Source: an uncultured Gemmatimonadales bacterium
GTDB taxonomy: Bacteria > Gemmatimonadota > Gemmatimonadetes > Gemmatimonadales > GWC2-71-9
DNA length: 64,000 nucleotides
Assembly: GCA_963751925.1 (NCBI GenBank)
Contig: CAVVWJ010000002.1
Location: 2,086,560-2,150,559 of the forward strand
Direction: 5' to 3'
The position numbers were made by a program, and so were the translations under genes. Below the pieces are notes generated by a model that worked only from the letters and a program-made list of their open reading frames with translations, made no database searches and was not told the DNA's origin. Shown here in pieces: positions 28,669-38,719 of this stretch; position 1 is the stretch's first letter; each line of letters opens with the position of its first letter.

Positions 28669-29814
28669 ATGACCGATCTGCGACCCAACCCGGCCCAACC
28701 CTTCGCTGCACCCCGACCGGCTGCCACGAAGATCAAGACCGGCATCGTCATGTTGAATCTCGGCGGACCCGCCACCTTGGACGACGTCCAGCCTTTTCTT
28801 CTGGAGCTGTTCGCGGATCGGGAGATCATCCAGCTGCCATTGCAGCGCTGGCTGGGCCCCTTCATCGCTCGCCGGCGAACTCCCAAGGTCCGCGACCTGT
28901 ATGCAGCAATCGGGGGCGGCTCCCCTATCCTCCGGCACACTGAGGCTCAGGGAAGAGGGATGATTGCACGGCTGGACCGGATCTCGCCGGAAACCGCACC
29001 GCACCAGTTCTATGTCGCCTTCCGCTATACCAACCCGAACAGCGATGATGCGCTCCGCGCGATGCAGGCCGATGGAGTCGAGCGCGCCGTGGCGTTTACC
29101 CAGTACCCCCAGTTCTCCTGCAGCACCACGGGCTCCAGCCTGAACGAACTCTGGCGCGCGGCCAGTCGGACAGGGCTGCGAGACGCCTTTCAGTGGAGCC
29201 TGATTGACCGCTGGCCGGTGCACCCGGGATTCATCGAGGCAATGAGCGACACAGTGCGGGAAGGTCTGATGGACTTCTCACCAGCGGACCGGGACAAGGT
29301 GCTGATACTGTTCAGCGCCCACTCACTGCCGCTCGATGTTATCGACCGCGGGGACGCCTATCCTCAGGAGGTTGGGGCCGGGGTTCAGCGGGTGATCGAG
29401 CGGATCGCCGCCCCTAATCCGTACCTGCTCGCGTATCAGTCCGACGTCGGGCCGGTCAGGTGGCTGGGGCCAAGCACCGCTCAGGTGCTTCGGCAGGTGG
29501 GAGCGCGGGGTCACAAGCACGTGCTGGTCGTGCCGATCGCCTTTACCAGCGACCATATCGAGACACTCTCGGAGCTTGATCGCGAGTACGGCGAAGTGGC
29601 GCACCAGGCCGGAATCACCCACTACAAGCGGGCCAAGGCCCTGAACGATCGCCCGCGCTTTCTCGATGCGTTGGCCGAGATCGTGCGGGAGCATCTGCAG
29701 TCCGGCGTCGCCTATAGCACACAGTACCCCACGCGCTGCGCCGGGTGTACCAACCCACAGTGCAGGAATATTCTGAATCCGGTGGGTAGTCGGGAGCTTG
29801 GAGCTAGGAGGTAA
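28669..29814 (+). CDS. hemH: ferrochelatase, with C-terminal Cys cluster
   Basis: GIVMLNLGGP, YPQFSCSTTGSS and LFSAHSLP motifs, plus a C-terminal C-x2-C-x4-C. Confidence 0.9.
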   Translation: MTDLRPNPAQPFAAPRPAATKIKTGIVMLNLGGPATLDDVQPFLLELFADREIIQLPLQRWLGPFIARRRTPKVRDLYAAIGGGSPILRHTEAQGRGMIARLDRISPETAPHQFYVAFRYTNPNSDDALRAMQADGVERAVAFTQYPQFSCSTTGSSLNELWRAASRTGLRDAFQWSLIDRWPVHPGFIEAMSDTVREGLMDFSPADRDKVLILFSAHSLPLDVIDRGDAYPQEVGAGVQRVIERIAAPNPYLLAYQSDVGPVRWLGPSTAQVLRQVGARGHKHVLVVPIAFTSDHIETLSELDREYGEVAHQAGITHYKRAKALNDRPRFLDALAEIVREHLQSGVAYSTQYPTRCAGCTNPQCRNILNPVGSRELGARR

Positions 29815-29877
29815 GAGGAAACTTGGAGTCAGGAGCTGGGCGTCCGGACATACCAACGGCAAACTCTCGACTCCTAA

Positions 29878-31098
29878 TCATTCCGACCGAAGATTCCGGC
29901 TGACGGGATAGAGAACTCGCCGCACCAGACGATCCGCCATCTGACGTACTATCTCACGATCAGATTCTGAAAGGGTGTTGAGCTGCGCCAGGGCCCAAGC
30001 GGACTCTTGCTCAGCCAACTCCACGCCCTGACGGTGCAGCTCTGCCAGCCTCGGTGCAACCGAGTTGCCGCGCAGGTGCATGCCAAGGCGCAGCAGTTCC
30101 TCCTCGATCACGCGCTCGGCCTCAGCCAACGCAAGCGATGCGGTTCCTGCTGCCGGACAACAGAGCCGCTGCAGGTCATCCAAGTCAAAGAGCTGAATCC
30201 CGGGAATATTCCGTGCCGAGGGCTCGACATTCCGTGGAACGGATAAGTCCACCACCCACATGTCAGCCGCCCGCTGGTGGGTAGCTCGCTCGAGCTGCGA
30301 GGCGGAGACCACAGGATAGGACGCTGCCGTAGCGACCAACAGTACCGAGGCCGTCTTGAGCCTGTCGTCGAGCTCACCCCACTCTCGCACCTGGGCTCCC
30401 CACGCCTGGCCCAGAGCCCGGCTCCGTGCGGGGTGGCGGCTCAGCAGGGTTACCCCGGTTGCTCCTCTTTCCTGCAGAGTCCTGAGTGCGCCTTCGGCCG
30501 CCTCTCCGGCACCGAGCACCAGCACCTCATCCGACCCAAATTCCCCAGACCGTTCCCTGATCAGGTCTACCGCAGCAGAGCTGACAGATGACGGATGACG
30601 TCCCAGCAATGTCTCGGCGCGCACCCGGCGGCCGGCGCTCAAGGCCGCGGAAAAGACCAGGTCCATCTCCCGTGTGGTAGTCCCCGCCGCACGAGCTACA
30701 TCGTATGCCCGCCGGACCTGGCCCAGTATTTCGGTTTCTCCCAATATTTGCGAGTCAAGGCCGGCTGCAACCACGAAGAGATGGCGCACGGCGGCAGAGC
30801 CGTCACACCGAGTCACCGGAAGTTCCGCGCTTCCGACCCCGACGTGGGGCAGCTGCCTGAACCAGGGCTCCAGGTCATCATCGCCGGCCCAGTACAACTC
30901 GCATCGATTGCAGGTAGAGAGCAGCAGTGAGGGTCTTCCCTGGCGGCGCTGTTCGGCCAACAGGGCATTGGTGTCCGCTGGAGAGAGTGCGAAGCGCTCG
31001 CGCTCTTCCAAAGGCGCGGTATGATGGCTTATGCCAATAACATGGAAGGGCGGTTCGGGTAGCACGCAAGAACGGTAGGGTCTCCCGCCGAGCGCCAC
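29878..31098 (-). CDS. hemA: glutamyl-tRNA reductase
   Basis: ISHHTAPLEERE and LLSTCNRCELY (catalytic Cys) motifs, and an NADPH-binding VLGAGEAAEG. Confidence 0.9.
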   Translation of the reverse strand: MALGGRPYRSCVLPEPPFHVIGISHHTAPLEERERFALSPADTNALLAEQRRQGRPSLLLSTCNRCELYWAGDDDLEPWFRQLPHVGVGSAELPVTRCDGSAAVRHLFVVAAGLDSQILGETEILGQVRRAYDVARAAGTTTREMDLVFSAALSAGRRVRAETLLGRHPSSVSSAAVDLIRERSGEFGSDEVLVLGAGEAAEGALRTLQERGATGVTLLSRHPARSRALGQAWGAQVREWGELDDRLKTASVLLVATAASYPVVSASQLERATHQRAADMWVVDLSVPRNVEPSARNIPGIQLFDLDDLQRLCCPAAGTASLALAEAERVIEEELLRLGMHLRGNSVAPRLAELHRQGVELAEQESAWALAQLNTLSESDREIVRQMADRLVRRVLYPVSRNLRSE

Positions 31099-31180
31099 AA
31101 TCCGAAAGGGAACGGATAGGCGGGTCCGTAATGCTACGGAAAGCCCCCCTGACGAGCAGGAGGGCGATTATCCGTCTCTG

Positions 31181-31753
31181 TTACTGCTGGGACTTCCCGG
31201 CTGAGCCTTCCTCTTCGGGATCGCGGTTGCCGTTGCCCTTCGAGCTCTGCGAAGCCACCCGCTGACTCGGGGCGCCGGTCTTTACCTGGGTTGTTCCAGT
31301 GCTGGAGTTCACCCGGATCTCCCGCGGACGCGCCCGCTCTGCCTTGGGGATGGTGACAAAGAGGACGCCGTTTTCATAGCGAGCCTCGATCTTCTCCGGG
31401 TCCACGGTGTTCGGCAGCACGAAGGTCCGCTCGAAGGTGCCATAGCTCCGCTCATAGCGGTGCACCCTCTCGTTGTTCTCCTCTGACTGCTGTCGCTTCT
31501 CACCCCGAATCGTCAAGACGTTGTTCTCGAGCGAGAGCTTCACATCCTCAGCATCGACGCCGGGCAGCTCCATGCTGATCTGGAGGCTGTTGGCATCCTC
31601 GCTGACGTCGGTGGGTGCGAACCAGGTCGAGGTGATCACATTGCCATTCTCGGCGAAGGGAATGGTCCCGAACGCCTCATCCAGAATCCGGTTGAGCCGC
31701 TGCAGCCCAAACAGGCTTGCCGGGTTTTCGCGAGTGCGAGTCAGTCCTACCAT
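31181..31753 (-). CDS. Hsp20/alpha-crystallin family small heat-shock protein
   Basis: Alpha-crystallin domain (LELPGVDAEDVKLSLENNVLTIRGEK...FERTFVLP...ARYENGVLFVTIPK). AGGAGG 5 nt upstream of the ATG. Confidence 0.9.
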   Translation of the reverse strand: MVGLTRTRENPASLFGLQRLNRILDEAFGTIPFAENGNVITSTWFAPTDVSEDANSLQISMELPGVDAEDVKLSLENNVLTIRGEKRQQSEENNERVHRYERSYGTFERTFVLPNTVDPEKIEARYENGVLFVTIPKAERARPREIRVNSSTGTTQVKTGAPSQRVASQSSKGNGNRDPEEEGSAGKSQQ

Positions 31754-31825
31754 GTCTTCCTCCTGACATTACGCTCCCGTTGGGAGCGGATTGTTGAAGT
31801 TGTTTACGCCAGTGCCCGTGCCCCG

Positions 31826-31853
31826 TTCACTCGGGCCAGCACGGCCGAGTGAA
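31826..31853 (-). promoter_or_regulatory. imperfect inverted repeat upstream of hsp20 (operator or 5'-UTR hairpin)
   Basis: TTCACTCGGGCC-AGCAC-GGCCGAGTGAA on the + strand (11 bp with one bulge), 73-100 nt upstream of the hsp20 ATG. Confidence 0.35.
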
Positions 31854-31869
31854 GCAGCACGTGTGCCAA
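31853..31869 (-). promoter_or_regulatory. sigma-54-like -24/-12 promoter element upstream of hsp20
   Basis: The minus strand reads TTGGCACACGTGCTGCTT, against consensus YTGGCACGrNNNTTGCW. GG/GC spacing is correct, with three mismatches outside the GG/GC cores. Confidence 0.35.
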
Positions 31870-32090
31870 CAGAGCTACCGGAAAGTCGGTCATATTGACC
31901 GAGCAACTCGGCCGCTGGCAGAGTGAACATGACAGCTCGAGAGCTTCGAAGTCGGATTGGCCTGAGCCCAAAAGGGGACGAGAGATTTGCCACAATTGAT
32001 CCCCGGCCAAGGGCCAGGGAGTCGCTAGCGTGGGGTCTGGAGCGGGTCGGCCTTCATACAACGTGAATCAGCCAATAGAGCATTCAAAGC

Positions 32091-32573
32091 TTAGAGCTTA
32101 TCGCCGGACTTCCTCATGGTCTGTTGGTACGTGTCGATCAGCCGGCGCATGCGCGCAATATGCTGGGGCATCTTCGAAGCATCGGGTCCGGTGGCAGTCC
32201 CGGTAGAGCCGCCGATGTCCTCCATAACCGAATCCCTCAGAGACCTGAAGCTGCCGGAATCGGCTTCACCGACCCGATTCAAATCGGCAGCCATCGAGTT
32301 CACCAGGTCACCCGCCAAGTTCTTGTATGCGGTGAGGTTACCCTCATTTCTAGACTGCGACCCGGTACTCATGAGCTCCAGTTGATTGCGTACCGCCGGA
32401 ATGAGGCGGGGAGCCTCAAGCTCGGCGCCACTGTTGGTAGCAGCCATGCCATCTTCTTTGGCGCTGGTGTCGGAGTCGGAGGTATACGCCGATGCGGTGT
32501 TTGCGGGATTTCCCTTCTCGCGCATACAGGCCCCGAACACCAGGGCCGCCAGAACCAGCTGCACAGCTCTCAT
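32091..32573 (-). CDS. hypothetical lipoprotein
   Basis: Signal peptide with lipobox (LVFGAC). No recognisable domain. Confidence 0.5.
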   Translation of the reverse strand: MRAVQLVLAALVFGACMREKGNPANTASAYTSDSDTSAKEDGMAATNSGAELEAPRLIPAVRNQLELMSTGSQSRNEGNLTAYKNLAGDLVNSMAADLNRVGEADSGSFRSLRDSVMEDIGGSTGTATGPDASKMPQHIARMRRLIDTYQQTMRKSGDKL

Positions 32574-32641
32574 GGTACTCTCGCCTTAGCTAAGCCAATC
32601 CCCAATCAAGGCGATCGTGAACAGCGAAGCAGTGTCCCGGC

Positions 32642-33712
32642 TCACCGTCGGAACAGTCGTCCCAGGACACCCGGGTTCGCAGCCGACTCAAACGCGTGTG
32701 CCATCTCGGCCATGGTACCGAACCGCTCACCCGGATTCACGGCCAGGGCCTTGGCAATGACCGCTTCCAGCTTGGCCGGCAAATCGGCCTTGATCTCCCG
32801 CAGAGCTACCGGCCCTCCCCTGAGGCGAGCAATCATCGTCTCTTGTGCGCTCTTCCCGCTGAACGGGAGCTGCCCGGTGAACAGCTCGAAGGCAAGGATC
32901 CCCAGGGCGTAGACATCACTGCGGCCATCAAGGGGCTTGCCGCGTATCTGCTCCGGACTCATGAACTCAGGAGTGCCGAGGACGATGCCGGTCGCGGTCA
33001 GCTTGACTACGTCGGGCCCTGCTCGCCTTTCCTTGGCCAAGCCAAAGTCCATCACCACAGCGCGCAATCCGTTAGCCGCCGATGTGTCCGGCACGAGCAT
33101 GACGTTCTCCGGCTTCAGGTCTCGATGCACAATCTGCAGATCGTGGGCGTGGCCCAGACCGTGGCACATCTGTACCAGGAGCGGGATGCCATCTACCAGA
33201 GGGAAGGCACCCCGGCGAGTCTCATGCTCGCTGAGCGGCTCGCCTTCGAGATACGGCATGACCAGATAGAGCAGGCGGTCTGCCGTTTCTCCCAGGCGGA
33301 GAATGGGGCAGACGTTCGGGTGGTTGAGCCTGGTCGCGATGGTAGCTTCACGCCTAAGGCGTTCAACGGATGCGGGATCGCGCGATAGACGGGGAATCAG
33401 AATCTTGACGGCAACCGCTTTGCCGGTGGCGATCTCCTGTGCCTGGTAGACGTAGGACATGCCACCTTCCCCCAGCTTTCTCGCGATCTGATAGCGTTGG
33501 TCCAGCACCTGACCGGTCAGACTGGCAAGCGCCCGGAGATCCGCTGGTGACTCGGGGGAAGCCTCGCCATGCGAATCGCGGGCTCGACCCGCATGCTGGC
33601 CGGGGCTAGCGTCGGCAGGCGCTGTTTCGACCAGGAGGGAACCGTCTTTGACGCAGAAGCGGGCAGGGGCGGCGTACGTCGCCTGACATCTCGGGCACCG
33701 CCGGTTACTCAA
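32642..33712 (-). CDS. Ser/Thr protein kinase with N-terminal zinc-ribbon
   Basis: CPRC...FCVKDG ribbon. Kinase motifs AVAVKIL, HRDLKPEN, DFGLAK, SPEQ. TTG start in a TTGA overlap with the upstream gene. Confidence 0.85.
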   Translation of the reverse strand: MSNRRCPRCQATYAAPARFCVKDGSLLVETAPADASPGQHAGRARDSHGEASPESPADLRALASLTGQVLDQRYQIARKLGEGGMSYVYQAQEIATGKAVAVKILIPRLSRDPASVERLRREATIATRLNHPNVCPILRLGETADRLLYLVMPYLEGEPLSEHETRRGAFPLVDGIPLLVQMCHGLGHAHDLQIVHRDLKPENVMLVPDTSAANGLRAVVMDFGLAKERRAGPDVVKLTATGIVLGTPEFMSPEQIRGKPLDGRSDVYALGILAFELFTGQLPFSGKSAQETMIARLRGGPVALREIKADLPAKLEAVIAKALAVNPGERFGTMAEMAHAFESAANPGVLGRLFRR

Positions 33713-35139
33713 TCGCGGAACCGGTTTCGGCCGTCGCTCTTGGCGCGGTAGAGGTGGGTGTCAGCCAGGCGAAGGAGCGACTCGCCATCGCTCACCCGTT
33801 CGTTCGGGTACGAAGCGATCCCGATGCTGATCGTCACACGGACCGGCTTCCCGGGCTCACCGAAGTCGTGGGTGGACACCCGTCGAAGAATTCGCTCGGC
33901 GAAGTTCCGGGATTCGGCGCTGGTGGTCTCGGGCAGGAGCACCACGAACTCCTCACCTCCGTAGCGGGCCACGATGTCTACCGACCGCTGCTCCCGCTTC
34001 AGAAGGTTCGCCAGCTGCTTCAGCACCCGGTCTCCCACCAGGTGGCCATAGGTGTCGTTGATCTGCTTGAAGTTGTCTATGTCCACCATCATGCCCGTCA
34101 GCATAGTGGCGTAGCGCGCCGCGCGATCCATCTCCTGCTCCAGCTTTTCCATGAGCGCACGCCGGTTGAAGCAGTTGGTGAGCGGATCGGTCTCAGCAAG
34201 GTGCCGCATCTGTTCCTGCCCCAGCACTGCATTCTCCAGATCGTACGCCCGCTCCAAGGCGGCCACCGCCGCGCTGGTCACCTCGACGGCAAACTGGACG
34301 TCATGTTCGTTGAGGGGTGCATCCTCGCTGGTCGTACGCAGGAAGAACACACCCGCCGGCTGCTCCCTGAGAGAAAAACGGAGGGCCACAGCCGACCGGG
34401 TCTGCACCGGCTTCCCCTCGGCTTCCCACTCCGCTCGGATGCTCTGGTAGAGTGGATCAGTCTGCACATCCCTGACCAGAACCACCTCTCCGGTGGCGAG
34501 CGCCTGGCGAATCTCAGGATAGCGTTTCAGATCGACCTGGAGGTTGTGCAGCATCGGGTTCTCGAACGCCGCCACGACCGTGCCGGTCTCATCCCCCGGG
34601 CCCGCCATGATTATCGAGCAGCGTGAGATGCTGAGTCCCTGCGCCACCCGCCGGACCAGGATGCTGTAGATCTCCTCCGGCTTCAACGAGGTGGTCACTT
34701 CCTGCATGATGTCCATCATCTCGGAACGTGACCGCGCTTCAGCCCGGGCCTGATTGAGCTCCCGCCCTACCCGGAGGTGAGCCTTCACTCGGGCCAGCAG
34801 CTCCCGGACTCGGAACGGCTTCGGGATGAAGTCGGCCGCACCGAGCCCCAGGGAGCGGACCGTGGCCTCTTCCGGCGGCATCGATGAGATCATCAGAACC
34901 GGCAGGTCCTTGAACCTCGGGTCGGCTTTGACGCGTTGAAGGAGCTGAAGCCCGTCGACCTTCGGCATCATGATGTCGAGCAGGAGCAGATCAAACTGCT
35001 CGGCCGTCAAGTGCTCGAAGAGATGCTCGCCACCGGGCGCAGTGAATACTTCGTAGCCGTTTTCTTTGAGAATCCAGGAGAGGGTCCGGGAGAGGGCCTG
35101 ATCGTCGTCGGCAACAAGAATCTTGGGGGCGAGGCTCAT
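33709..35139 (-). CDS. response regulator receiver + GAF + GGDEF diguanylate cyclase
   Basis: REC (ILVADDD, LLLLDIMMP, PKPF), a central GAF-like region, an active-site GGEEF, and an RSVD (RxxD I-site) five residues upstream. Confidence 0.85.
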   Translation of the reverse strand: MSLAPKILVADDDQALSRTLSWILKENGYEVFTAPGGEHLFEHLTAEQFDLLLLDIMMPKVDGLQLLQRVKADPRFKDLPVLMISSMPPEEATVRSLGLGAADFIPKPFRVRELLARVKAHLRVGRELNQARAEARSRSEMMDIMQEVTTSLKPEEIYSILVRRVAQGLSISRCSIIMAGPGDETGTVVAAFENPMLHNLQVDLKRYPEIRQALATGEVVLVRDVQTDPLYQSIRAEWEAEGKPVQTRSAVALRFSLREQPAGVFFLRTTSEDAPLNEHDVQFAVEVTSAAVAALERAYDLENAVLGQEQMRHLAETDPLTNCFNRRALMEKLEQEMDRAARYATMLTGMMVDIDNFKQINDTYGHLVGDRVLKQLANLLKREQRSVDIVARYGGEEFVVLLPETTSAESRNFAERILRRVSTHDFGEPGKPVRVTISIGIASYPNERVSDGESLLRLADTHLYRAKSDGRNRFRD

Positions 35140-36150
35140 TCAGTGCACCAGCCGCGCGAACAGCTGAGGGTCCACATTCCCGCCGCTGAGAATGGCCACC
35201 GTCGGACCAGTGGGCCTCACACGACCCGCTAGAAGAGCGGCCGTGGTAGCCGCGCCAGATGGCTCGATCGAAAGGTGCAGCTCACTGTGAAGGAAGCGAA
35301 CGCCGTCAGCGAGTTCGTCTTCCGAGACCTGAACGGCTTCAGTAACCAGCCCGCTGAGAATCGTGAAGGGAAGCTCCCCGATCGAGAGAGGCAGAAGGCC
35401 GTCGGCAATGCTCTCGGTGTGATCCAGTTTGATCGGCCGCCCTGCTTCGAGCGCCCTCGCCAGCTTGGGCGCACCGACCGGCTCTACGCCGACGACCCGA
35501 ACGGTCGGCTTGAGCGCCCTCACCACCGATGCCACGCCGGCAATGAGCCCGCCGCCGCCCACCGGAACCAGAATGGTCTCGACCTGGGGCCACTCCTCGA
35601 GTACCTCGAGTCCGCAGGTTGCCTGCCCGGCAATGACATCAAGGCTCTCGAATGGAGGCACCATCATCAGGCCCTGCTCCTCTGCCATGGCTCGAGCCTG
35701 CGCATACCGCTGAGCCGAGCTGTTGCCGGCGATTACTACTTCCGCCCCTTGCCTTCGAACGCCCTCGACTTTGATCATGGGGGCGCGCTCCGGCATAACG
35801 ACTACCGCCCGCACCCCCATTAACCTCGCGGCCAGCGCGACTGCCTGGCCGTGATTCCCGCTCGAGTAAGTGATGACACCGGATGCGCGTTGTTCGGGCG
35901 AAAGCCGGGAGAGGGCCGTATAGGCACCCCGGATCTTGAAGGCTCCAGCTGGTTGCAGGTGCTCACACTTGACCGCCACGGGGTAGCCGTGGCGGGCGGA
36001 AATGGTCGGTAGCTCCAGCAAGGGGGTCCGGACGGCCACCCCCTCGAGAGTCCTTGCCGCACTCCGAATCGATGCCAGGCTTAGGAGCGGAGACTCACTT
36101 TCGACTGCCCCTTGAGAGCTTTGGGACCAGCTACTGGCAGCGGAGGTCAT
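35140..36150 (-). CDS. PLP-dependent threonine/serine dehydratase (no ACT regulatory domain)
   Basis: PLP-Lys motif GAFKIRGA, SSGNHGQA, GGGGL loop. At 336 aa it is the short catabolic-type form. Confidence 0.8.
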   Translation of the reverse strand: MTSAASSWSQSSQGAVESESPLLSLASIRSAARTLEGVAVRTPLLELPTISARHGYPVAVKCEHLQPAGAFKIRGAYTALSRLSPEQRASGVITYSSGNHGQAVALAARLMGVRAVVVMPERAPMIKVEGVRRQGAEVVIAGNSSAQRYAQARAMAEEQGLMMVPPFESLDVIAGQATCGLEVLEEWPQVETILVPVGGGGLIAGVASVVRALKPTVRVVGVEPVGAPKLARALEAGRPIKLDHTESIADGLLPLSIGELPFTILSGLVTEAVQVSEDELADGVRFLHSELHLSIEPSGAATTAALLAGRVRPTGPTVAILSGGNVDPQLFARLVH

Positions 36151-36164
36151 CGACCAATGTAATC

Positions 36165-38660
36165 CTACTCCACGGCAGCCGTCGGAGTGGCCTCATCGCC
36201 ACCGGCCGCTTCCTCGGTGCCACTCTCGTCCTCCTTGACCACCCGCGCGACGTCCACCACTGCATCGCCCGAGTCGAGGTTCATGACTTTGACCCCCTGG
36301 GTATTCCTTCCGATCACTCGAATTCCATCGACTGGCAGGCGGATGATGACACCGTGCCGAGTGATCATCATGAGCTCGTCGTCGGGGATGACCTCCTTGA
36401 GGGCCACGATGGGACCGGTCTTGTCGGTCTTCTTGAGGGTGATGATTCCTTTGCCGCCGCGCTTCTGGACCCGGTAGTCGGACAGCTCGGAGCGCTTGCC
36501 GTAGCCCTTTTCACTGACAACGAGCAGCGTTGCATCACGCCGGACTACAACCATCCCGATGACCTCGTCTCCCTTTTCCAGCTCAACACCCTTGACCCCT
36601 GTGGTGGCGCGTCCCATGTCGCGCACATCCCCCTGGTGGAAGCGAATGCTCATCCCGTCTTTGGTGGCAAGGATGATGTCGCTGTTCTGATCGCAGACCT
36701 GGACGTCGATCAGCTCGTCGTTTTTCTCGACGTTGATGCCGCAGATACCCGCGGCCCTCACGTTCCCGTACGCCGACAGAACCGTCTTCTTCACCGTGCC
36801 CTGCCGAGTGGCGAAGATGAGACACTGGTCATCGGTAAACTCCCGCACCGGGACCAGGGCGGCAATCTTCTCGTCCTGCTTAATCGCGATACAGTTGACC
36901 ACAGGTTTGCCCCGTGCCGCCCGTCCCGCCTGCGGGATCTCGTGCACCTTGAGCCAGTATACCTGCCCCCGGTCACTGAAGAACATCAGGTAGTCGTGGG
37001 TGCTCGCAATGAAGAGGTGCTCGACCCAGTCGTCCGCCTTGAGATCCTGGCCGTTGAGACCTCGTCCCCCGCGTCGCTGCCGCTTATAGGTGGTGATGGG
37101 GATCCGCTTGATATAGCCGCTGTGGGAGATGGTGATGACCATATCCTCTTCGGCGATCAGGTCCTCGACGGTGAACTCCCCTTGATCGGCCACGATTTCA
37201 GTGCGGCGATCGTCGCCGAAGGTACTTCCCACCTCCTCCATCTCCTCTTTCAGAATTCCCATGCGCTTCGGCTTCGACGCCAAAATGCTCTTCAGCTCCT
37301 TGATCGTGGCACGCACCTCCTTCAGCTCCGCATCAAGCTTTTCGATCTCCAGGCCCGTGAGCTTGGCGAGCCGCATGTTGAGAATGGCATCGCTCTGCTT
37401 TTCACTGAAGCCAAAGCGTTTCCGTAGCCGAGCATCCGCCTGCGGAGTGTCATCGGCTCCCCGGATGATCTTGATGACCTCGTCGATGTTGTCGACAGCG
37501 ATCTTGAGGCCATCCAGGATGTGCTCGCGAGCCTGGGCTGCATCGAGGTCGAACTGGGTGCGCCGGACGATCACCTTGTGGCGGTGATCGATGAAATGCT
37601 GGAGCAGCTCCTTCAAATTCATGATCTTCGGCGCGCCGTTAGTCAGGGCGAGCATGATCACGCCGAAAGTCGTCTGCATCTGGGTGTGCTTGTAGAGCTG
37701 GTTCAGCACGACGTTGGGAATGATGTCGCGCTTGAGCTCGATGACAATCCGCATCCCTTCCTTGTCGGACTCGTCGTTCACCCCAACGATGCCCTCGATC
37801 TTCTTCTCCCCGGCAAGCTCGGCGATAGCCTTGACCAGATTCTCCTTGTTGACCTGGTAAGGGATCTCGGTGACCACGATCTGCGAGCGTCCACTCGACT
37901 CTTTTTCCTCAATCTGTGCCCGCGCCCGCATCACCACGCGTCCGCGCCCGGTCTCGTACGCCTCCTTGATTCCCTCTCGACCATAGATGTAGGCGCCAGT
38001 CGGGAAATCCGGTCCTTTAATGACCTTACGGAGCTCGCCGATGGTGGCGTCGGGGTTGTCGACCAGGAGTTGTACCGCTTTAACGACCTCGCGCAGATTG
38101 TGCGGCGGAATATTCGTAGCCATTCCGACCGCGATGCCGCTGGAGCCGTTGACCAGGAGGTTGGGGATCTTCGACGGAAGGACGGTCGGTTCCTGCAGCC
38201 GGTCATCGAAGTTGGCCTGGAAATCTACGGTGTTCCGATCGATGTCCTCCAGCATCGTCATGGCGATGCGAGTCAGCCGCGCTTCGGTATAGCGATACGC
38301 TGCGGCGGGATCGCCATCGACCGAGCCGAAATTTCCCTGGCCATCGACGAGCGGATAACGTAGCGAGAACTCCTGGACCATTCGGACCAGCGCGTCGTAC
38401 ACCGACCCATCGCCGTGCGGATGGTATTTACCCAACACGTCGCCCACGACCGTAGCGGACTTCTTGTAGCCACGGCCCGGCACCAGGCCGAGCTCGTTCA
38501 TCGCATAGAGTATGCGGCGGTGGACCGGTTTCAGTCCGTCCCTTACGTCGGGCAAGGCTCGGGAGACGATGACGCTCATCGAGTAGTTGATGAACGACTG
38601 CTGCATCTCCTCTTCGATGAGGCGGGGCAGAATACGTTCGCGCGAGTTCGGTGCGGTCAT
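36165..38660 (-). CDS. gyrA: DNA gyrase subunit A
   Basis: [22 protein letters not shown]...VYD..VRM (QRDR), [10 protein letters not shown] (catalytic Tyr), and C-terminal beta-pinwheel repeats. Confidence 0.95.
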   Translation of the reverse strand: MTAPNSRERILPRLIEEEMQQSFINYSMSVIVSRALPDVRDGLKPVHRRILYAMNELGLVPGRGYKKSATVVGDVLGKYHPHGDGSVYDALVRMVQEFSLRYPLVDGQGNFGSVDGDPAAAYRYTEARLTRIAMTMLEDIDRNTVDFQANFDDRLQEPTVLPSKIPNLLVNGSSGIAVGMATNIPPHNLREVVKAVQLLVDNPDATIGELRKVIKGPDFPTGAYIYGREGIKEAYETGRGRVVMRARAQIEEKESSGRSQIVVTEIPYQVNKENLVKAIAELAGEKKIEGIVGVNDESDKEGMRIVIELKRDIIPNVVLNQLYKHTQMQTTFGVIMLALTNGAPKIMNLKELLQHFIDHRHKVIVRRTQFDLDAAQAREHILDGLKIAVDNIDEVIKIIRGADDTPQADARLRKRFGFSEKQSDAILNMRLAKLTGLEIEKLDAELKEVRATIKELKSILASKPKRMGILKEEMEEVGSTFGDDRRTEIVADQGEFTVEDLIAEEDMVITISHSGYIKRIPITTYKRQRRGGRGLNGQDLKADDWVEHLFIASTHDYLMFFSDRGQVYWLKVHEIPQAGRAARGKPVVNCIAIKQDEKIAALVPVREFTDDQCLIFATRQGTVKKTVLSAYGNVRAAGICGINVEKNDELIDVQVCDQNSDIILATKDGMSIRFHQGDVRDMGRATTGVKGVELEKGDEVIGMVVVRRDATLLVVSEKGYGKRSELSDYRVQKRGGKGIITLKKTDKTGPIVALKEVIPDDELMMITRHGVIIRLPVDGIRVIGRNTQGVKVMNLDSGDAVVDVARVVKEDESGTEEAAGGDEATPTAAVE

Positions 38661-38719
38661 GAAGGTCTGGGATGGAGTCGGTTGAATGGCGCCGGCTCAG
38701 GCCGACGCATAGCCGAGGA

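Noticed and set aside
31826-31853. Calling the hsp20 upstream inverted repeat a CIRCE (HrcA) or HAIR (HspR) operator
   Set aside because: It shares CACTC...GAGTG with CIRCE, but the spacer is 14 nt instead of 9 and the flanks differ. The half-site orientation is opposite to HAIR.
33754-34626. 290-aa ORF on the + strand
   Set aside because: Antisense to the REC-GAF-GGDEF gene; a shadow ORF.
36054-37427. 457-aa ORF on the + strand
   Set aside because: Entirely antisense to gyrA, whose identity is unambiguous. Low-complexity D/L/V/G-rich translation typical of shadow ORFs in high-GC DNA.
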